Shown: one piece after another, positions 30,423 to 32,000 of the stretch | Layout of the letters: each line of letters starts with the position of its first letter | Position numbering within the stretch: the stretch's first letter is position 1 | NCBI RefSeq assembly: GCF_000621645.1 | Contig: NZ_JHXR01000016.1 | Location: 74,543 to 106,542 of the forward strand | Direction of reading: 5' to 3' | DNA from: Vibrio cholerae ATCC 14035 | GTDB lineage: Bacteria > Pseudomonadota > Gammaproteobacteria > Enterobacterales > Vibrionaceae | DNA length: 32,000 nucleotides | Position numbers and translations under genes: made by a program | Notes under the pieces: generated by a model | Told to the model about the DNA's origin: nothing | Database searches by the model: none | What the model saw: the letters and a program-made list of their open reading frames with translations, nothing else

Positions 30423-31145
30423 TTACTTCAGAGCTAATCCTTTACGCTGCAAATAGCTGAGCATAAATGGCCGAGACTCTTCAGAAAGCTTAGCGGTAAT
30501 TTGTTCTGACCATCCCTGCTGTTTAGGATTACCGGAACGTTTTTGGTAATACTCAACCATGGTTCGGTCATATTCTGCGACATCCTCTTTATTCAAAGGC
30601 TGGTAGTGGTTTTCATGCAAGATCACCTTCGGAGCCAAGCGCGGTTTTAACTCTGGCTCCTGAGCTGGGTGCCCTAAACACATACCAAACAATACCGCGG
30701 TATAAGGCGGCAAGTTAAGCAAAGCATCGACTTCATTCGGTGAATTACGTAAACCACCAATATAGACACCACCTAACCCCATCGACTCTGCCGCTAACAA
30801 ACAGTTTTGCGCCATAATCCCCGCATCAACAGCACCGATTAAAGTGAGCTCCATGAATTCAGGTTTTACGTTCGGATTCAATGCATAGTGCCGCTGATAA
30901 TCAATGCAAAATACTAAGAACTCAGCCGCACTCGCCACATAAGCTTGATTGCCAGCAAACTCTGCTAATTGCTCACGCATACTGCCATCGGTCACTCGGA
31001 TCACCGAGATCACTTGCAGTAAGCTGGATGACGAAGCTGCAATACCAGAAGCAATGATCGTCTCAAGTTGCGTTGCAGAAATAGGCTCTTGGGTAAAAGC
31101 ACGAATAGAACGATGGCTAAGTATGGTATCAATAACAGGATTCAT
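30423..31145 (-). CDS. nfsA: Oxygen-insensitive NADPH nitroreductase / flavin reductase, NfsA/Frp family
   Basis: 240-aa ORF. ILSHRSIRAFTQEPIS...SSSSLLQVISVIRVTD...AAEFLVFCIDYQRH is co-linear with E. coli NfsA (GHRSIRHFTDEPIS...SSSSFLQCSSIIRITD...AAEFWVFCADFNRH). Confidence 0.92.
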   Translation of the reverse strand: MNPVIDTILSHRSIRAFTQEPISATQLETIIASGIAASSSSLLQVISVIRVTDGSMREQLAEFAGNQAYVASAAEFLVFCIDYQRHYALNPNVKPEFMELTLIGAVDAGIMAQNCLLAAESMGLGGVYIGGLRNSPNEVDALLNLPPYTAVLFGMCLGHPAQEPELKPRLAPKVILHENHYQPLNKEDVAEYDRTMVEYYQKRSGNPKQQGWSEQITAKLSEESRPFMLSYLQRKGLALK

Positions 31146-31154
31146 GCGGCCTCC

Positions 31155-31478
31155 TCAGAAATGTTGTCCATCAAGATAATAAGCGGTGCGTTGCAAAGGT
31201 ATAAACACTACAGCAAGATGAGAATCAGCACCGAGCAACTGACGTATCTGATCAGTAATCACCTGTGCAATCTGATCCTGAGTCTGCTGTTCTCTTCCAA
31301 ACCACAATACTTCCACCATGGGATAAACCCCTCCTTCGGCGAAATACTGGGTATTAATCAACTCAAAGGTAAAAGCATTTCGAGCAGTACTGAGTAGAGA
31401 GGAAAGCTCATTGAGTAAGGTAGGGACTAGCGATTCAACGATATGCGCTTCTACTGCGCGAAAACGTAAATGAGGCAT
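31155..31478 (-). CDS. Small conserved protein of unknown function, tautomerase-superfamily-like (DUF1904-type)
   Basis: 107-aa ORF with the SD AAGGAG upstream. It starts Met-Pro (MPHLRFRA). Two beta-alpha-beta-like halves are visible, and the second (PMVEVLWFGREQQTQDQIAQVITDQIRQLLG) resembles 4-oxalocrotonate tautomerase monomers. It ends 9 nt before nfsA. The family assignment is from memory and from the sequence pattern. Confidence 0.7.
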   Translation of the reverse strand: MPHLRFRAVEAHIVESLVPTLLNELSSLLSTARNAFTFELINTQYFAEGGVYPMVEVLWFGREQQTQDQIAQVITDQIRQLLGADSHLAVVFIPLQRTAYYLDGQHF

Positions 31479-31633
31479 GACTGATTTTCTCCTTTTTTGC
31501 CATCATAACAGCCAGCATGGAGAGGTGCGAGTCATACAAAAAACAAATGATAAACCATTGTTCTAAGGGCTCAAGAAGCAGAATAAGAGAGTTAGAAGGA
31601 TTGAATAACCGAGATAACGGCACTTTTATCTAG

Positions 31634-31660
31634 AAAAAAAAACCAGTCCTAAGACTGGGT
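31634..31660 (-). terminator. Rho-independent terminator at the distal end of the rRNA operon
   Basis: The minus strand reads ACCCAGTC-TTAG-GACTGGTT followed by a run of 9 T (complement of 31634-31642). It lies 12 nt downstream of the tRNA-Asp 3' end. Confidence 0.85.
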
Positions 31661-31671
31661 TTCGTAATAAG

Positions 31672-31748
31672 TGGCGGAGCGGACGGGACTCGAACCCGCG
31701 ACCCCCGGCGTGACAGGCCGGTATTCTAACCGACTGAACTACCGCTCC
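31672..31748 (-). tRNA. tRNA-Asp (anticodon GTC)
   Basis: The reverse complement is GGAGCGGTAGTTCAGTCGGTTAGAATACCGGCCTGTCACGCCGGGGGTCGCGGGTTCGAGTCCCGTCCGCTCCGCCA, 77 nt. The cloverleaf is intact, the anticodon loop is CTGTCAC, and CCA is encoded. It is nearly identical to E. coli tRNA-Asp. Confidence 0.97.
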
Positions 31749-31821
31749 GCTGTCTGGTTAGACGTTTCGTCTACTTTTTTTGCCTTTAGATTTTTCTTAA
31801 ACATCTAAAAACAACAAGTTA

Positions 31822-31941
31822 AAGCCTGGCGATGTTCTACTCTCACATGGGGAGACCCCACACTACCATCGACGCTGTTTCGTTTCACTTCTGAGTTCGG
31901 GATGGAATCAGGTGGGTCCAAAACGCTATGGTCGCCAAGCA
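31822..31941 (-). rRNA. rrf: 5S ribosomal RNA
   Basis: The reverse complement begins TGCTTGGCGACCATAGCG...CCCGAACTCAGAAGTGAAACG...GATGGTAGTGTGGGGTCTCCCCATGTGAGAGTAG...CGCCAGGC. It is about 120 nt and co-linear with E. coli 5S rRNA. The ends are accurate to within 2 nt. Confidence 0.95.
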
Positions 31942-32000
31942 AATTCTGTTTTTGATTTCACTTTTTCTTAAAAAAAGTGATAACCAACAATTCTGGAAAG

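Noticed and set aside
31435-31623. A 62-aa minus-strand ORF upstream of, and overlapping, the tautomerase-like gene.
   Set aside because: It overlaps the promoter, the SD and the first codons of the better-supported 107-aa gene in another frame. It has no SD of its own.
31942-32000. I considered whether the last 59 nt already belong to 23S rRNA.
   Set aside because: The sequence is AT-rich, with a CACTTTTT...AAAAAGTG inverted repeat, and it does not resemble the conserved 23S 3' end. It is most likely the 23S-5S spacer, so no 23S feature is called.

Overview
The window looks like an ordinary core chromosomal segment of a Vibrio. Gene order and protein sequences fit my memory of V. cholerae chromosome 1, but I cannot verify that here. 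Every long ORF has a clear housekeeping identity:
- suhB
- the queA-tgt-yajC-secD-secF cluster (minus strand)
- a stand-alone CBS-pair protein
- the glyoxylate-shunt pair aceB-aceA
- a divergent OxyR-type regulator and 2-Cys peroxiredoxin
- cutC
- a 13-kb phosphate/polyphosphate block: ppk2, phoU-pstB-pstA-pstC, ppk-ppx, pstS-phoR-phoB
- rdgC
- the yegQ (peptidase U32) and yfhL ferredoxin pair
- an NfsA/Frp-type nitroreductase preceded by a small tautomerase-like protein
- the distal end of an rRNA operon (5S rRNA and tRNA-Asp, minus strand)

I found no integrase, transposase, phage, CRISPR, toxin-antitoxin or defence-like genes. I see no convincing undescribed multi-gene system.

The less ordinary items are:
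- unusually long PstC (731 aa) and PstA (548 aa) permeases with large extra-membrane insertions of unknown function
- three Pho-box promoters with the same geometry
- ERIC/IRU-like palindromic repeats on both sides of cutC
- two copies of a 16-bp palindrome in the long AT-rich region upstream of aceB
- the tightly coupled yegQ-yfhL and tautomerase-like/nfsA gene pairs

Interest scores are kept moderate.
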